64,000 nucleotides of DNA, from positions 908,817-972,816 of the forward strand of contig CAWHAZ010000005.1 in NCBI GenBank assembly GCA_963827475.1, read 5' to 3'. Shown here one piece after another: positions 1-10,864 of the stretch. This DNA comes from an uncultured Chloroflexia bacterium (GTDB taxonomy: Bacteria > Chloroflexota > Limnocylindria > QHBO01). The notes beneath the pieces were generated by a model, which saw only the letters and a list, made by a program, of their open reading frames with translations, had not been told where the DNA came from and did no database searches. Every line of letters begins with the position of its first letter. Positions within the stretch are counted from its first letter, which is position 1. The position numbers were made by a program, and so were the translations under genes.

Positions 1-1
1 C

Positions 2-1081
2 GCACTGCTGGTCACGAGTCTGCTGACGCTGTCGATTGCCACGCCGGCCGCGGCCGGTGACGAGCTGGTCGTCCAGCGCGGGGACACCCTGTGGGACCTG
101 GCCCGCCGCCATGGCGTGAGTGTTGCCGAGCTGGCAGCCTGGAATCGGATCGGGAATCCGTCGCTGATCCGAGTCGGCCAGCGCCTCGTGCTGGAGCCGC
201 CGGTGGCGCCGGCCGCGGCCAATCCTCCGCCCCCATCGGCCCCCGCCCCGTTGGTCCACGTCGTGCGGGCCGGCGACACGCTGTGGGCGATCGCCATCCG
301 ATACGGGACGACGGTGGCGGCCATTGCGGCCGCGAATCAGCTCGCGAACCCATCGCTCATCCGCGTCGGCCAGGCGCTGGCCATCCCCCAGGCCGCTCCT
401 TCCCCACCCGCGCCGGCACCGGCTTCAGCACCCACCCTCGCCCCGACGCCGCCCGCTTCGGTCACCCATGTGGTGCAGCGAGGCGAGACGTTGTGGGCCA
501 TCTCCGCTCGATATGGCGTGTCGATCGAGGCGATCGTCTCCGCCAACGGACTCGCCAGCGCTTCGTTCATCCGTACCGGGCAGCAGCTGGTCATCCCGAG
601 CAGCGCTGGATCAGCGACCGCGCCTTCGACCGCGCCGACCTCGACGACGGGCATGTCGCCCGACATGGCCGCCAAGGTGGCCGCCCGGGGGGCCGCCCGC
701 GATCTGCTCCTGGCCGCGGCCGGCGAGTTCGGCGTCCCCGTCCCGTTCGTGCTCGCCGTCGCGTGGCACGAATCGGGCTGGCAACCGGGCGCGGTGTCGT
801 CCGCCGGGGCGCTTGGCTTGATGCAGCTCATGCCCTCGACGGCGGACTGGGTGGCAGGGTCCATGCTCCACGAGGCGCCAGCGATCAGCGATCCACGCTG
901 GAACGCACGGGCCGGGGTGCGGCTGCTGGCCTACTACCTCGTCCGCTACCAGGGCGACAAGACAAAGGTGCTCGCCGCCTACCTGCAGGGCATGACCTCA
1001 GTCGACCAGATCGGCGTGCTCGTCACGTCGCAGCCGTACATCAACAGCATCCTCGCCCTGGAGGTCATCTTCAGCCGCTGA
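2..1081 (+). CDS. LysM-repeat (x4) lytic transglycosylase; 5' end outside the window
   Basis: Four LysM-like repeats (GDTLW..A..YG..V..L...N) followed by an SLT motif (AWHESGW...ALGLMQLMPSTA). The frame is open from base 2, with a signal-peptide-like start. Confidence 0.8.
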   Translation, partial: ALLVTSLLTLSIATPAAAGDELVVQRGDTLWDLARRHGVSVAELAAWNRIGNPSLIRVGQRLVLEPPVAPAAANPPPPSAPAPLVHVVRAGDTLWAIAIRYGTTVAAIAAANQLANPSLIRVGQALAIPQAAPSPPAPAPASAPTLAPTPPASVTHVVQRGETLWAISARYGVSIEAIVSANGLASASFIRTGQQLVIPSSAGSATAPSTAPTSTTGMSPDMAAKVAARGAARDLLLAAAGEFGVPVPFVLAVAWHESGWQPGAVSSAGALGLMQLMPSTADWVAGSMLHEAPAISDPRWNARAGVRLLAYYLVRYQGDKTKVLAAYLQGMTSVDQIGVLVTSQPYINSILALEVIFSR

Positions 1082-1090
1082 GCCACCGGG

Positions 1091-1462
1091 TCACCAGGCG
1101 TCCACGCCGGGAAGTCGGGTGAGACGCCAGGTTCGAGGCTCCGGCCCGGGGCTCACCGCAACCAGGTCGACGCGCAGGCCACGATGGTCGATCGGGGTGG
1201 CGCGGGCATAGGCAGCGAGTGCCGCTCGCAGGCGGCGCACCTTGTCCGCCTGGACAGATTCGATGGCCTGGCCGCTCCGACCCGAACGACGCAGCTTGAC
1301 CTCGACCGCGACGAGGACGTGATCGGGGTCGAGGGCCACGAGGTCGATCTCCGCGGTGCCTGAGCGGTGCCGCTCGCCCAGGATTCGCCAACCGGCTTCC
1401 GACAGCCAGTCCGCGACCCGGCGCTCCGCCTGCAGCCCCAGCACGTGACGGGGATCCGCCAC
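1091..1462 (-). CDS. yraN: YraN/UPF0102 family endonuclease
   Basis: Motifs GE..A..WL...G..IL.RN.R...GEIDLVA and VEVK fit the family; the gene lies downstream of rnhB as in many genomes. Confidence 0.75.
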   Translation of the reverse strand: MADPRHVLGLQAERRVADWLSEAGWRILGERHRSGTAEIDLVALDPDHVLVAVEVKLRRSGRSGQAIESVQADKVRRLRAALAAYARATPIDHRGLRVDLVAVSPGPEPRTWRLTRLPGVDAW

Positions 1463-1465
1463 GGC

Positions 1466-2206
1466 TCAGTTGTCGTTCGGCTCGAAGGCGTCCTCGTCGA
1501 CGAGCGGGAACTCCGCGAACTCGAGATCGAGCGGAAGCTGGGTCCCGGCCAGCAGCATGCGGATGGGCGCGAATGAGCGGCGATGCCACTCGCATGGGCC
1601 TTCGCGCACCAACGCCGCGTAGTGGCCGCGCGTGCCATATCCCTTGTGCCGGGCGAACCCGTAACCGGGGAAGCGGTCGTCCATCTCGTCGCAGATCCGG
1701 TCGCGCGTGACCTTGGCCACGATCGAGGCCGCGGCGATCGACGCGGAGATCGCGTCGCCGTCGATGATCGCCCGCTGCGGGTACATCGCCTCGCGGAGCG
1801 TGAGGGCGTCGATCAGCAGGTGGTCCGGCGGCTCGGGGAGGTGGGCCAGCGCCTCGCGCATGGCCAGCTTGGTGGCCTGCAGGATGTTGATCCGGTCGAT
1901 GACGTCGACCTCCACGCAGCCGACGCCGATGGCGTCCGCGCGGACGATGATCTGCTCGTAGAGGGCCTCGCGACGGCTGCGGGCGAGGACCTTGCTGTCG
2001 CGGAGGCCCTTGATCCGCGGCCGCGCTGGCAGGATGACCGCGGCGGCGACCACCGGACCGGCGAGCGAGCCGCGCCCCACCTCGTCGAGGCCCGCGATCC
2101 GGCGAAAGCCGGCGCGGCGCAGCTCGTACTCGTGAGCGAGACGGGCGTCGCGGGGTCGGTGGACGGAGCGGCGGCGAGCGGGACGGGCCGGAGCCCAGGC
2201 GCTCAT
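1466..2206 (-). CDS. rnhB: Ribonuclease HII
   Basis: GLDEVGRGSLAGPVV motif. The start was reassigned to the internal Met (MSAWAP), 4 nt downstream of rplS. Confidence 0.85.
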   Translation of the reverse strand: MSAWAPARPARRRSVHRPRDARLAHEYELRRAGFRRIAGLDEVGRGSLAGPVVAAAVILPARPRIKGLRDSKVLARSRREALYEQIIVRADAIGVGCVEVDVIDRINILQATKLAMREALAHLPEPPDHLLIDALTLREAMYPQRAIIDGDAISASIAAASIVAKVTRDRICDEMDDRFPGYGFARHKGYGTRGHYAALVREGPCEWHRRSFAPIRMLLAGTQLPLDLEFAEFPLVDEDAFEPNDN

Positions 2207-2210
2207 CGGT

Positions 2211-2567
2211 TCAGCGCGAGGGGCGACGCTCGCGGAGAGTGGCAGCCTTGCCGACCCGGTTGCGCAGGTAGTACAGCTGGGCGCGGCGGGCAACACCGTG
2301 GCGGACGACCTCGATCTTGTCGACGCGAGGGGCATGCACCGGGAAGGTGCGCTCGACGCCCACGCCGCTGCTGATCCGCCGCACGGTGATGGTCTGGTTC
2401 AGGCCGCCGCCACGCATTCGCATGACCGTGCCCTCGAACACCTGGACACGCTCGCGGCTGCCTTCGACGACCTTGACCGAGACCCGGACCGTGTCACCGG
2501 GCGCGATCTGCGGGATGTCGGTCCGGAGCTGCTCGCGTTCCAGCTCCTGGATGGGGTCCATGCTCAC
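2211..2567 (-). CDS. rplS: 50S ribosomal protein L19
   Basis: 118 aa with L19 motifs (GDTVRV..KVVEG.RER.Q.FEG.V). Confidence 0.92.
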   Translation of the reverse strand: MSMDPIQELEREQLRTDIPQIAPGDTVRVSVKVVEGSRERVQVFEGTVMRMRGGGLNQTITVRRISSGVGVERTFPVHAPRVDKIEVVRHGVARRAQLYYLRNRVGKAATLRERRPSR

Positions 2568-2699
2568 GATCCTCGATTACCGCCGGCTCAACGCCGGGTT
2601 GCCCTTGGGCTGACGCAACGACGCGACCGCCGGAGCGGCCGCGAACGGTGGCGAGTATAGCAGCGGCCGAGTCCATCGGCGCAATCGGCTGATCCGGCG

Positions 2700-3470
2700 T
2701 CAGTCGTTCCCGGCCGATTCCGCGCGCAGCCGCTCGAGCTCGGCGCGGTCCGCATCGGTCAGGGTCGCGCCATCCAGCAAGTCGGGGCGGCGCTCGACCG
2801 TCCGACGCAGGGCCTCGCGCCGGCGCCAGGCCGCCACTTCGCCGTGGTTGCCCGAGAGCAGGACGGACGGCACGCGCATGTCCTCGAACTCCTCGGGCCG
2901 GGTGAACTGCGGGTGCTCGAGCAGGCCGGTCGAGAAGGAGTCGGCTGCGCTGGAGGCGGCGTCGATGACGCCGGGCACCAGGCGGCTGACCGCGTCGATG
3001 ACCACCAGCGCCGGGAGCTCCCCGCCGGTGAGGACATAGTCACCGATGCTGATCTCGCGGTCGACCCAGGCGCGGACGCGGTCGTCCACGCCCTCGTAGC
3101 GACCACAGACCAGCGCGAACCGCGGCATGGCCGCCAGCTCGCGGGCGAGCGGGTCGGTGAGCTGCTCGCCGGCCGGGTCGAGGAGGAAGACCGGGACGTG
3201 CTCCGCCCGCAGCGGGGCCAGGGCGCCGGCCAGCGGTTCGGGACGGAGGACCATGCCCGCTCCCCCGCCGTACGGGGTGTCGTCGACCTGGCGGTGGCGA
3301 CCGAGGCCGTGCTCGCGCAGGTCGTGGAGCTCCACGGACACGACTCCCCGCTCCACGGCGCGACCCAGCACGCCGGCGGCCAGGGCCGGCCGGAACAGGT
3401 CGGGAAACAAGGTCACGACGTCGATCCGGAGCAGCGGCGAGGGGGCCACGATCAGACCTCCTCGAGCCAT
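2700..3470 (-). CDS. trmD: tRNA (guanine37-N1)-methyltransferase TrmD
   Basis: IDVVTLFPDLF...GGGAGMV motif. The start was moved to the internal Met (MARGGLIV), so the gene overlaps rimM by 19 nt. Confidence 0.85.
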   Translation of the reverse strand: MARGGLIVAPSPLLRIDVVTLFPDLFRPALAAGVLGRAVERGVVSVELHDLREHGLGRHRQVDDTPYGGGAGMVLRPEPLAGALAPLRAEHVPVFLLDPAGEQLTDPLARELAAMPRFALVCGRYEGVDDRVRAWVDREISIGDYVLTGGELPALVVIDAVSRLVPGVIDAASSAADSFSTGLLEHPQFTRPEEFEDMRVPSVLLSGNHGEVAAWRRREALRRTVERRPDLLDGATLTDADRAELERLRAESAGND

Positions 3471-3979
3471 TCCGCGGGGTCGAGGATCGTCATCTGGCCG
3501 GCGCCCAGATCGATCTTGACGACGATGGACTGCAGCGACGGCACGAGAACCTCGCCGTCGGGTCCCACCACGCGGTAGACCTCGTTGGAGCCCGCCCGGA
3601 AGACCTCCTCCAGCCGACCGATGGCCCGGCCATTGATCGTGATGACCTCGAGCCCCTCCAGCTCGTGCCACCAGTAGGTCCCGGCCGGAAGGTCGTCTGG
3701 AGCGCGGGGGGCCAGGAGATGTCGACCGATGAGCGCGCTCGCCCCGTCCCGATCGGTGATGCCGACCAGGCGCAGCACCGGGCCGTGCTTGGATGTCCCG
3801 GCCTCCATGATCTGACGAGGAGCCGTCTCTCCTTCGACGACCACCAGCTCACCCACCAAGAGCCGCTCGGGCGTATCGGTCAGGGACATCACCCGGAGGT
3901 CCCCCTTCAGTCCGCGGACGCCCATCACCCGGGCGACCGCGAGCGGTTCACTCGTGGGCTTCGATGTCGAGCTCGACAT
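3452..3979 (-). CDS. rimM: 16S rRNA processing protein RimM
   Basis: Has the N-terminal VGRV.G..GLKGDLRV pattern and a PRC barrel-like C-terminus; located in the rpsP-rimM-trmD cluster. Confidence 0.8.
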   Translation of the reverse strand: MSSSTSKPTSEPLAVARVMGVRGLKGDLRVMSLTDTPERLLVGELVVVEGETAPRQIMEAGTSKHGPVLRLVGITDRDGASALIGRHLLAPRAPDDLPAGTYWWHELEGLEVITINGRAIGRLEEVFRAGSNEVYRVVGPDGEVLVPSLQSIVVKIDLGAGQMTILDPAEWLEEV

Positions 3980-4184
3980 GCCGGCCGTCTCGCGCGCCCA
4001 TGACGCGGAGGAGGCTCCGGATGGCGTTGGCGATGCGGCCGTCGCGGCCGATCACGCGACCCATGTCGCGCTCGTCCACTACCAGGGTCAGGGTGACCTC
4101 GTCGCCGTCCTCCTCGACCTCGACTTCGACCGCATCGGGGTGGTCGACCAGCGAGCGGGCCACGTATTCGAGGAACGCCTTCAT
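3948..4184 (-). CDS. KH-domain RNA-binding protein (YlqC/UPF0109)
   Basis: 78 aa with the VIGR.GR.A.AIR motif, sitting between rpsP and rimM as is typical. Confidence 0.8.
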   Translation of the reverse strand: MKAFLEYVARSLVDHPDAVEVEVEEDGDEVTLTLVVDERDMGRVIGRDGRIANAIRSLLRVMGARDGRHVELDIEAHE

Positions 4185-4998
4185 GACTCTGTCTCCTGGC
4201 TCTCGGCCTGGGGGGTTTCGGGTTCGTCCGTGGTCTCAGGTTCCGCTTTCGCCTTCCGGCCTCGAGCCGGCTTGGGCGCTGGTTCCGCGGCCGGCTCGGT
4301 CTCCGCGGCCGGCTCGCCATCCTCCGAAGCAGCTTCTGGCGCTGCCTCGGCCGCGGCGGCAGGTTCACTCGGCTCCTCGGGCTGAGCCGAATCCTCGAGT
4401 TCGGCCGCGGGCTCCGGTTCAGCCACGGGCTCCGGTTCGGCGTCCTGCGACGGCGCTTCGGCTTCAACCTCGGCCTCGGCAGGCGGCGCCGGCTCTGCGG
4501 CTGCCTCAACCTCGGGCTCAACTGCTGCCTCGACCGGTGTTTCGGCCTCGGCCTCGGCCTCAGGGGTAGCCTCGGCGGCTGGAACCGCCTCCGGGGCCTC
4601 CTCCGCTTCGACGGCCGGCTCAGGCTGGGGTTTCGCCACCGGCTCGGGGCCGGCTTCGGGGCTTCGGCGGCAACCCGATCGGCCTCCGCCTTGGCGGCGG
4701 CCTTCTTCGCGGTGCGCGCCTTGGCTCGCGCCTCGTCCTTGGCGCCGGCGGGCCGCGGTCCTTCGGACGCGACCTTCATCAGTCGCTGAACCGCGTCCGA
4801 CGGTCGAGCGCCATGGGACATCCAGAAGGCGATCCGCTCGTCATCGAGCTTCAGCGTGATCGGATCGGTCAGCGGGTTGTAATAGCCCAGGATCTCCAGG
4901 GCGCGGCCGTCGCGCGAGCGGCGGCTGTCAATGGCGATGACGCGGTAGGCCGGGCGCCGTGTGGCACCCACTCGCGTCAGCCGGATGTGAACGGCCAC
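4181..4998 (-). CDS. rpsP: 30S ribosomal protein S16 with a long Ala/Glu/Pro-rich acidic C-terminal extension; apparent frameshift near 4640-4665
   Basis: GTG start at 4998 preceded by GGAAGGA; VAVHIRLTRVGATRRPAYRVIAIDSRRSRDGRALEILGYYNP is the S16 signature. The K/A-rich region then runs into a second frame (4181-4639) that encodes the EAEEAPEA... acidic tail. Confidence 0.6.
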
Positions 4999-5110
4999 GT
5001 GGTGATTCCTTCCGTCAACGGGATGAAACGGCGCTTCGGCGGGCTGCCATGAGGGGCTGACGTGGGGCCGAGCGCCGCGAAAGGATACCGCCTCGGGGCG
5101 GCGGTGGCGA

Positions 5111-6466
5111 CTACCGGCCCGGAAGCGGCGGCAGGGACCCGGGTCGGCCACCGGTCCGGCCGGCCGTGTTGCTGAACTGCCGGACGAGCTTCTGCATCTC
5201 CTCGAATTGGCGCAGGAGCCGGTTGACGTCGGCGACCGTCGTGCCGCTGCCGGCCGCGATCCGCCGCCGCCGGCTGGCCTTGATGAGGTGCGGATCGCGC
5301 CGTTCGGCCGGCGTCATCGAGTCGATGACCGCCTCGATCCGCTTCAGCTCCCCGTCGTCGACCGCAGCCTGCGCGGCACCCGCCAGGTTGCCCGCGCCGG
5401 GCATCATCTGCAGGACCTGACCGATGGGGCCCATCTTCTTCACCTGCTGGAGCTGGTCCTTGAAGTCCTCGAGCGTGAACCGGGCTTCCATGAGGCGTTG
5501 GGCGGCTCGCTCCGCGTCGGCCCGATCGATGTGCTCCTCGGCGCGTTCGACCAGGGTCACGATGTCCCCCATGCCGAGGATTCGCTGCGCCATGCGGTCC
5601 GGGTGGAAGACCTCGAGCGCGTCGACCGCTTCCCCGGTTCCGACGTAGGCGACCGGCAGGCCCGTCACGCTGCGGATGCTGAGCGCCGCTCCTCCCCGCG
5701 CATCGCCGTCCAGCTTGGTCAGGACCAGCGCGGTCAGCGGCAGGCGCTCGAGAAACGTCTCGGCCACCCGGACCGCCTCCTGGCCTGTCATCGCGTCGAC
5801 CACGAGCAGGATCTCCGCGGGCTTCGTGGCGGCCGCGATCTCCGCCAGCTCGGCCATCATCGGGGCGTCTACGTGCTGGCGGCCGGCGCTGTCCACGATG
5901 ACCACATCGGTCTGGTCGGATCCCGCAGCAGCCAGGGCTCCGGTGACGATGTCGAGCGGCGCCGTCCCGGTGGAGGCGGTCCGCACCGGCACGCCGACCT
6001 GCTCTCCGAGGCGCACGAGCTGCTCGACGGCGGCGGGACGATACACGTCGGCTGCCACCAGCGCGGGATGCCGCCCATCACGCTTCAGGCGCCGGGCGAG
6101 CTTGGCGGCTGACGTCGTCTTGCCCGAGCCCTGCAGGCCGACCATCAGGATGACCGCCGGGGACTCCGGAGCAGACCCGTCGAGGTGGAGCGGGTACTGC
6201 TCGCGGCCCAGGATCTCGACCAGCTCGTCGTGCACCAGCTTCACGATCTGGTGGCCGGGTCGCACCCCGTCGAGGACCGCCGTCCCCAGCGCCTGCTCGC
6301 GGACGTGGGCCACGAACGACTTCACGACCCGGAAGTTGACGTCCGCCTCGAGGAGAGCGAGTCGAACCTCGCGCAGCGCGTCGTCGAGGTCGGCCTCGGT
6401 CAGCTTGGCCTGACCACGAAGCCGGGTGGCGATGTCCTGGAGGCGGTTGGAGAGGCGGTCGAACAT
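5111..6466 (-). CDS. ffh: Signal recognition particle protein Ffh
   Basis: NG domain (GLQGSGKTT, DTAGR) plus a C-terminal methionine-rich M domain; 451 aa and intact. Confidence 0.93.
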   Translation of the reverse strand: MFDRLSNRLQDIATRLRGQAKLTEADLDDALREVRLALLEADVNFRVVKSFVAHVREQALGTAVLDGVRPGHQIVKLVHDELVEILGREQYPLHLDGSAPESPAVILMVGLQGSGKTTSAAKLARRLKRDGRHPALVAADVYRPAAVEQLVRLGEQVGVPVRTASTGTAPLDIVTGALAAAGSDQTDVVIVDSAGRQHVDAPMMAELAEIAAATKPAEILLVVDAMTGQEAVRVAETFLERLPLTALVLTKLDGDARGGAALSIRSVTGLPVAYVGTGEAVDALEVFHPDRMAQRILGMGDIVTLVERAEEHIDRADAERAAQRLMEARFTLEDFKDQLQQVKKMGPIGQVLQMMPGAGNLAGAAQAAVDDGELKRIEAVIDSMTPAERRDPHLIKASRRRRIAAGSGTTVADVNRLLRQFEEMQKLVRQFSNTAGRTGGRPGSLPPLPGR

Positions 6467-6481
6467 CGAGGATGGGTCCGT

Positions 6482-7360
6482 TCAGGCGGCGAGGAGCCAC
6501 TCAAGGTACGCGTCGGGATCGAACGGCGCCAGCGCGTCGAGCTCCTCCCCGAAGCCGGTGAACACGATCGGGATGCCGTACCGATCCGCGATCGCCACCG
6601 CTACCCCGCCCTTCGCCGTCCCGTCCAGCTTGGCGAGCACGATCCCGGTCACGCCCGCCTCCGCGAGGAACGCCTCCGCCTGGGAGAGCCCGTTTTGCCC
6701 GGTCGTCGCGTCCAGCACGAGCAGGACGTGCCGTGGCTGGTCCGGCAGCTGACGGGTGACGACCCGCCGGATCTTCGCCAGCTCGGCCATCAGGTCCTTC
6801 GAGGACTGCAAGCGACCCGCCGTGTCCACGATCACCGCATCGATGCTCCGGGCGACCGCGGCGGCGGTCGCGTCATACGCCACGGCCGCCGGATCAGCCC
6901 CCGCGCGCTGGGCAACCACGTTCACCCCGAGCCGGTCGCCCCACAACCGCAGCTGCTCGATGGCGCCCGGTCGATACGTGTCCGCGGCCGCAAGGAGCAC
7001 GCTCCGGCCCTCCCCGCGCAGCCGCGCCGCGAGCTTGGCGGCGGTTGTCGTCTTTCCGCTGCCGTTGACCCCGACCATGAGCACGATTGCAGGCACATCA
7101 CCCAGCTCGAACGCGGCGGCCGGTGCCTTCGCCAGCCGCTCCCGCAGGGCGGCGGTCATGGCATCAGTCCCGGACAACCCGGCGGCAACCTGGCCTCGGG
7201 CGGCCGCCACGACCTCGGCCGCCAGCACCGGACCCAGGTCCGCGGCGACCAGTGCCTCTTCGGCGGCTTCCCACGCGGCGTCGTCCATCCCCCGCTCGAG
7301 GCCCAGGGCCGCGCGCAGTCGTGACCCGAGCCCCCCACCCGATGGCGGTCTGGCCAGCAT
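6482..7360 (-). CDS. ftsY: SRP receptor FtsY (short form)
   Basis: NG domain (GVNGSGKTTT, DTAGR); 292 aa. Confidence 0.9.
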   Translation of the reverse strand: MLARPPSGGGLGSRLRAALGLERGMDDAAWEAAEEALVAADLGPVLAAEVVAAARGQVAAGLSGTDAMTAALRERLAKAPAAAFELGDVPAIVLMVGVNGSGKTTTAAKLAARLRGEGRSVLLAAADTYRPGAIEQLRLWGDRLGVNVVAQRAGADPAAVAYDATAAAVARSIDAVIVDTAGRLQSSKDLMAELAKIRRVVTRQLPDQPRHVLLVLDATTGQNGLSQAEAFLAEAGVTGIVLAKLDGTAKGGVAVAIADRYGIPIVFTGFGEELDALAPFDPDAYLEWLLAA

Positions 7361-7363
7361 CGG

Positions 7364-10300
7364 TCAGGCGGGAACCTCGACCGGCAGATCGGCCAGGCGG
7401 AGGGAGAGCACCCGGCTCACGGCGGCATCGGTCATGGTCACCCCGTAGATCGTGTCCGCGGTCTCGATGGTCGCCCGGTTGTGGGTGATGACCACGAAGT
7501 CGATGGTCTGGGCCAGGCGACGCAGGGCGTCGGCGAACCGGCCGATGTTCGCCTCGTCGAGGGCGGCGTCCACCTCGTCCAGGACACAGAACGGCACCGG
7601 GTTCACGGTCAGCATCGCGAACAGGAGCGCGACCCCGGCGAGCGCCCGCTCCCCGCCCGAGAGCATGGCCAGGCGCTGGAGCCGCTTCCCTGGCGGGCGA
7701 ACGGCGATCTCGATTCCGCCGGGCGCCTCCACGCCGTTCGAGGATTCGCTGTCCGCCTCCGCCTCGTGGGTCAGCTCCAGCGAGGCGCTCCCCCCGTCGA
7801 AGAGGAGACGGCAGTACTCGTCGAACCGCTGACCGATGGCCGCGAAGGCGGCCTGGAACTGGCTCGAGATCTCCTGGTCGAGCCGGGCGATGAGCTCCTC
7901 GGTCGAGTCCGCGGCCCCACGCAGGTCGGCCTCCTGGACGGTGAGCTCCTCCAGTCGGGCCGACAGCTCGCGGTGCTCCTCGATGGCGAACGGGTTGACC
8001 GATCCGATCTGGTGCAGCGTGCGCCTCGTGCGACGAAGCTCCTCGGCCAGCTCCTCCTCGTTCAGGGCCGTGGGGTCGGCCGCGTCCGGATCAGCCTGCG
8101 TGCCCTCTTCGGCCTCGGGCACGCCCTCGAGGGACAGCTCCCGCTCGCGCTCGAGTCCGGCCAGCGCCTCTTCCAGTCGCGAGACCTCGGCGACGGTCTG
8201 CCGCTGGTCGGCATCCAGCTCGGCCATCCGGCCGGCTCCGCCTCCCGCATGCCGCTCCGCCTCGAGCAGGGCCTGGCGTGCCGCCTCGCGAGCCTCGTCC
8301 GCGCCCGCCCGACGCTCCGTCGATTCCGTCTCGGCGGCGCGCGCGGTCGGTTAGCGTGGCCGCGGCCTCGCGCAGCGACTCGCCCACGACGGCTCGTTCG
8401 GTTGCGATGCGGGCGATCGCGCGGTGGAGCTGGTCGGTGCGCTCGGCATGGCGGGCGGCGCTGGCGCGGTGGTCCCCGGCCCCCGCGTCCTGTTCGTCGG
8501 CAAGGCGGACCGCGGACTCCCACGCCTGTCGGGCCTCGTCGCGTTCCGCGTCGGCGGCCTCGCGGGCAACCCGAGCCTCGGCGGTGGCGGCCTCCAGGGA
8601 CGGCGATCTCCCCGCCGACGGCTGCGGACTGGTTCGGAGCCTGGCCCGGGGCCGGCAGATCGGCCAGGGCGGCGGTCAGCCGGTCGCGGTCGGCGGAGAG
8701 GCGCTCGGCAGCCGCGTCGGCGGCGATGCCGTCCTCGTCGGCTCGGACCGAGGCCGCGCGTGCCGCTTCCGCGCTCGACTGCGCCACGGAGGCGGCCTCA
8801 GTGGCGGCCTCGAGGGCCGCCCGGGCTCCCGTCAGGGTGCGGGCGGCTTCGTCCGCGTCGGTGTTGATCCGGTTGGCGAGCTCGGTCAGCTCGGCCAGCC
8901 GGGCAGCGCGGCCGCGGTTCGGGGCGTCAGTGGTTGCGCGGCCGCGGACCGTGACCATGCCGCGGGCGTCGGCCAGGTCCCCGGCGAGGGTCACCGCCGC
9001 CCATCCGTCGGGGAGGCGAATCCACCCCGCGAGCAGCGCCTCGATGTCCGGGGCGACCACGGTGCGGTGCAGGATCTCCGGCGCGGCGCGGTCGTTCAGG
9101 AGCTCGGCGAGGGTCTGGGTGGCGCCGACCGCAGCCAGCGCCTCGGGCCGACCGGTCGGTTGGCCATCGGCGGGCGCCAGGAGGCGAGCCTCGCCGGCCG
9201 TCTCTCCCGATGCCGCCTTCCCGACGCCGGCGCCGGCTCCTGGCTTCCAGCTCAACGCCCGATCAACGTCGCCGAGGACAGCGGCCACGGCCGCTTCGGC
9301 CTCCGGGGGGACGTTGCCGAGCGCCTTCGGCTGCTCCCATCCGCCGGATCGCAGCTCCGCCGCCAGATCCGTGGTGCTGTCCGACGGTTGACGCTCGATC
9401 TCGACCAGCTCTGCGGTGACGCGCGATCGGCGCTCGTCGAGCTCGGCTGCCGCGACGGCCGCTCGGCCAGCGTCCTCTTCGAGCGCGCCACGGCGGGCGA
9501 CTGCGGCAGCGGCCGCCTCCTCGAGACGCGCGCAGCTCTGCGGCAGCCACAGTCCGCGCCCCCGCCAGCCGCGAAGCGGTCGCCGTGGCTTCCGATAACC
9601 GGGACGCGACATCGGCCAGGTCGCGGTCGGCGGCTTCGCGCCGCGCCTGTGCGCCCGCGGCCTCCTCCGCCCAGCGGCCAGCCTGTGCCAATCGGTCTGC
9701 CTCGCGCAGGCGCACCGCTGCCAGGGCCTCCTCGGCGGCCAGCACCTCGGCCGCGGCACCCCGCGCACGTTCGGCAGCCGCGCGCCAGCGTGCCTCTGCG
9801 GCGGTCGCGTCCGCGCGGCCGGTCCGTGCCGAGGCGGTGGTCCCAGGTGTCTGCTCATCGGCGCCCACGACCTGCGCCAGCTCCGCCAGCTCGTGCTCGA
9901 CGCGCCCCGCCTCTGCCCCGAGGTCGAGGTCGCGCTCGACCAGTCCGTCGTGGCGTCCCTCGGCCCGGATCGCCGCCTCACGCGCGGCTTCCCACGCCGC
10001 CGACGCCTGCCGGGTCTCCTCTTCCGCGGCCCAGTAAGCCGCTTCGGCATCGGCGACCGCCTGCCGACCGCTTGCCTGCGCGCTCTGCTCCGCCTCCGCG
10101 TCGGCGGCCAGCGCCGCCGCCCGACGCCGCGCCTCGCCGAGCGAGGTCTGAAGGACCTGCGCGCGACGGGCGTGGTGCTCGAGGATGAGCGCCCGGGCCC
10201 GCAGCCCGAGCCGGTCGTGCGCCTCCTGGTGCTCGGCCTGGAGAGCCAGCCGACGGACCTGCGGCTTCAGCTCGCGCACGAGGTCGGACATGCGGGTCAG

Positions 10301-10864
10301 GTTGTCGCGTGCCTTGCCGAGCCGAGCCATGGCCTCGTTCCGCCTGACCTGAAGCGCCTTCACCCCGGCCGCCTCCTCGAACAGCTGGCGCCGCTCCTCC
10401 GGCCGCAGGGAGAGCGCCGCGTCGACCGTCCCCTGCCCGACCACCACCAGCTCGTTGGCCCCCAGCCGGCCACCGGCGAGCAGCTCGACCACGTCCCGCA
10501 GCCGCGCCCGGCTCCCGTTGATCAGGTACTCCGGGTCCCCGGACCGGTACGCCCGGCGCGCGATCGTGACCTCCTCGAACTCGATCGGCAGCCAGCCATC
10601 GTGGTTGTCGAAGGTGAGTGTCACCTCCGCCATGCCAATCGGCTTGCGGCTCTCGGAGCCGGCGAAGATCACGTCGTCCGACCGCCGCGTGCGAAGGGAT
10701 CGGTTCGACTGCTCGCCCAGCACCCAGCGGATCGCGTCGGCCATGTTGCTCTTGCCGCTGCCGTTGGGACCGATGACCGCGGTCACGCCCGGCTCGAACA
10801 CGAACCGGGTCGGCTCCGCGAAGCTCTTGAAGCCGTGGAGCTTGAGCTCCTTCAGGCGGGTCAT
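7364..10864 (-). CDS. smc: Chromosome segregation protein SMC, interrupted by at least 3 frameshifts
   Basis: N-terminal Walker A (MTRLKELKLHGFKSF...GPNGSGKSN), a hinge (VVAPDIEALLAGW) and a C-terminal LSGGE/Walker B lie in successive frames. The shifts fall near 9440-9520, 8600-8650 and 8330-8350, the last at a CGCGCG repeat. Confidence 0.8.

Noticed and set aside
91-1122. Long plus-strand ORFs opposite real genes (e.g. 91-1122, 7481-9391, 8278-10188, 23865-26672, 29650-33747, 20197-21786)
   Set aside because: They are Arg/Pro/Gly-rich translations of the antisense strand of well-supported minus-strand genes in a 70% GC sequence. They have no domain motifs, and stop codons are simply rare in GC-rich frames.
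4181-4639. Treating the acidic 152-aa ORF as an independent gene
   Set aside because: It begins with GTG inside low-complexity sequence with no SD. It is offset by exactly 1 nt from the S16 frame, whose K/A-rich tail leads into it, so a frameshifted S16 extension is more plausible. The alternative is kept open in the findings.
5040-5110. Possible hairpin (ccgag...ctcgg) after ffh acting as an intrinsic terminator before rpsP
   Set aside because: There is no U-tract and the stem is imperfect. ffh-rpsP spacing and orientation are more consistent with read-through/co-transcription.
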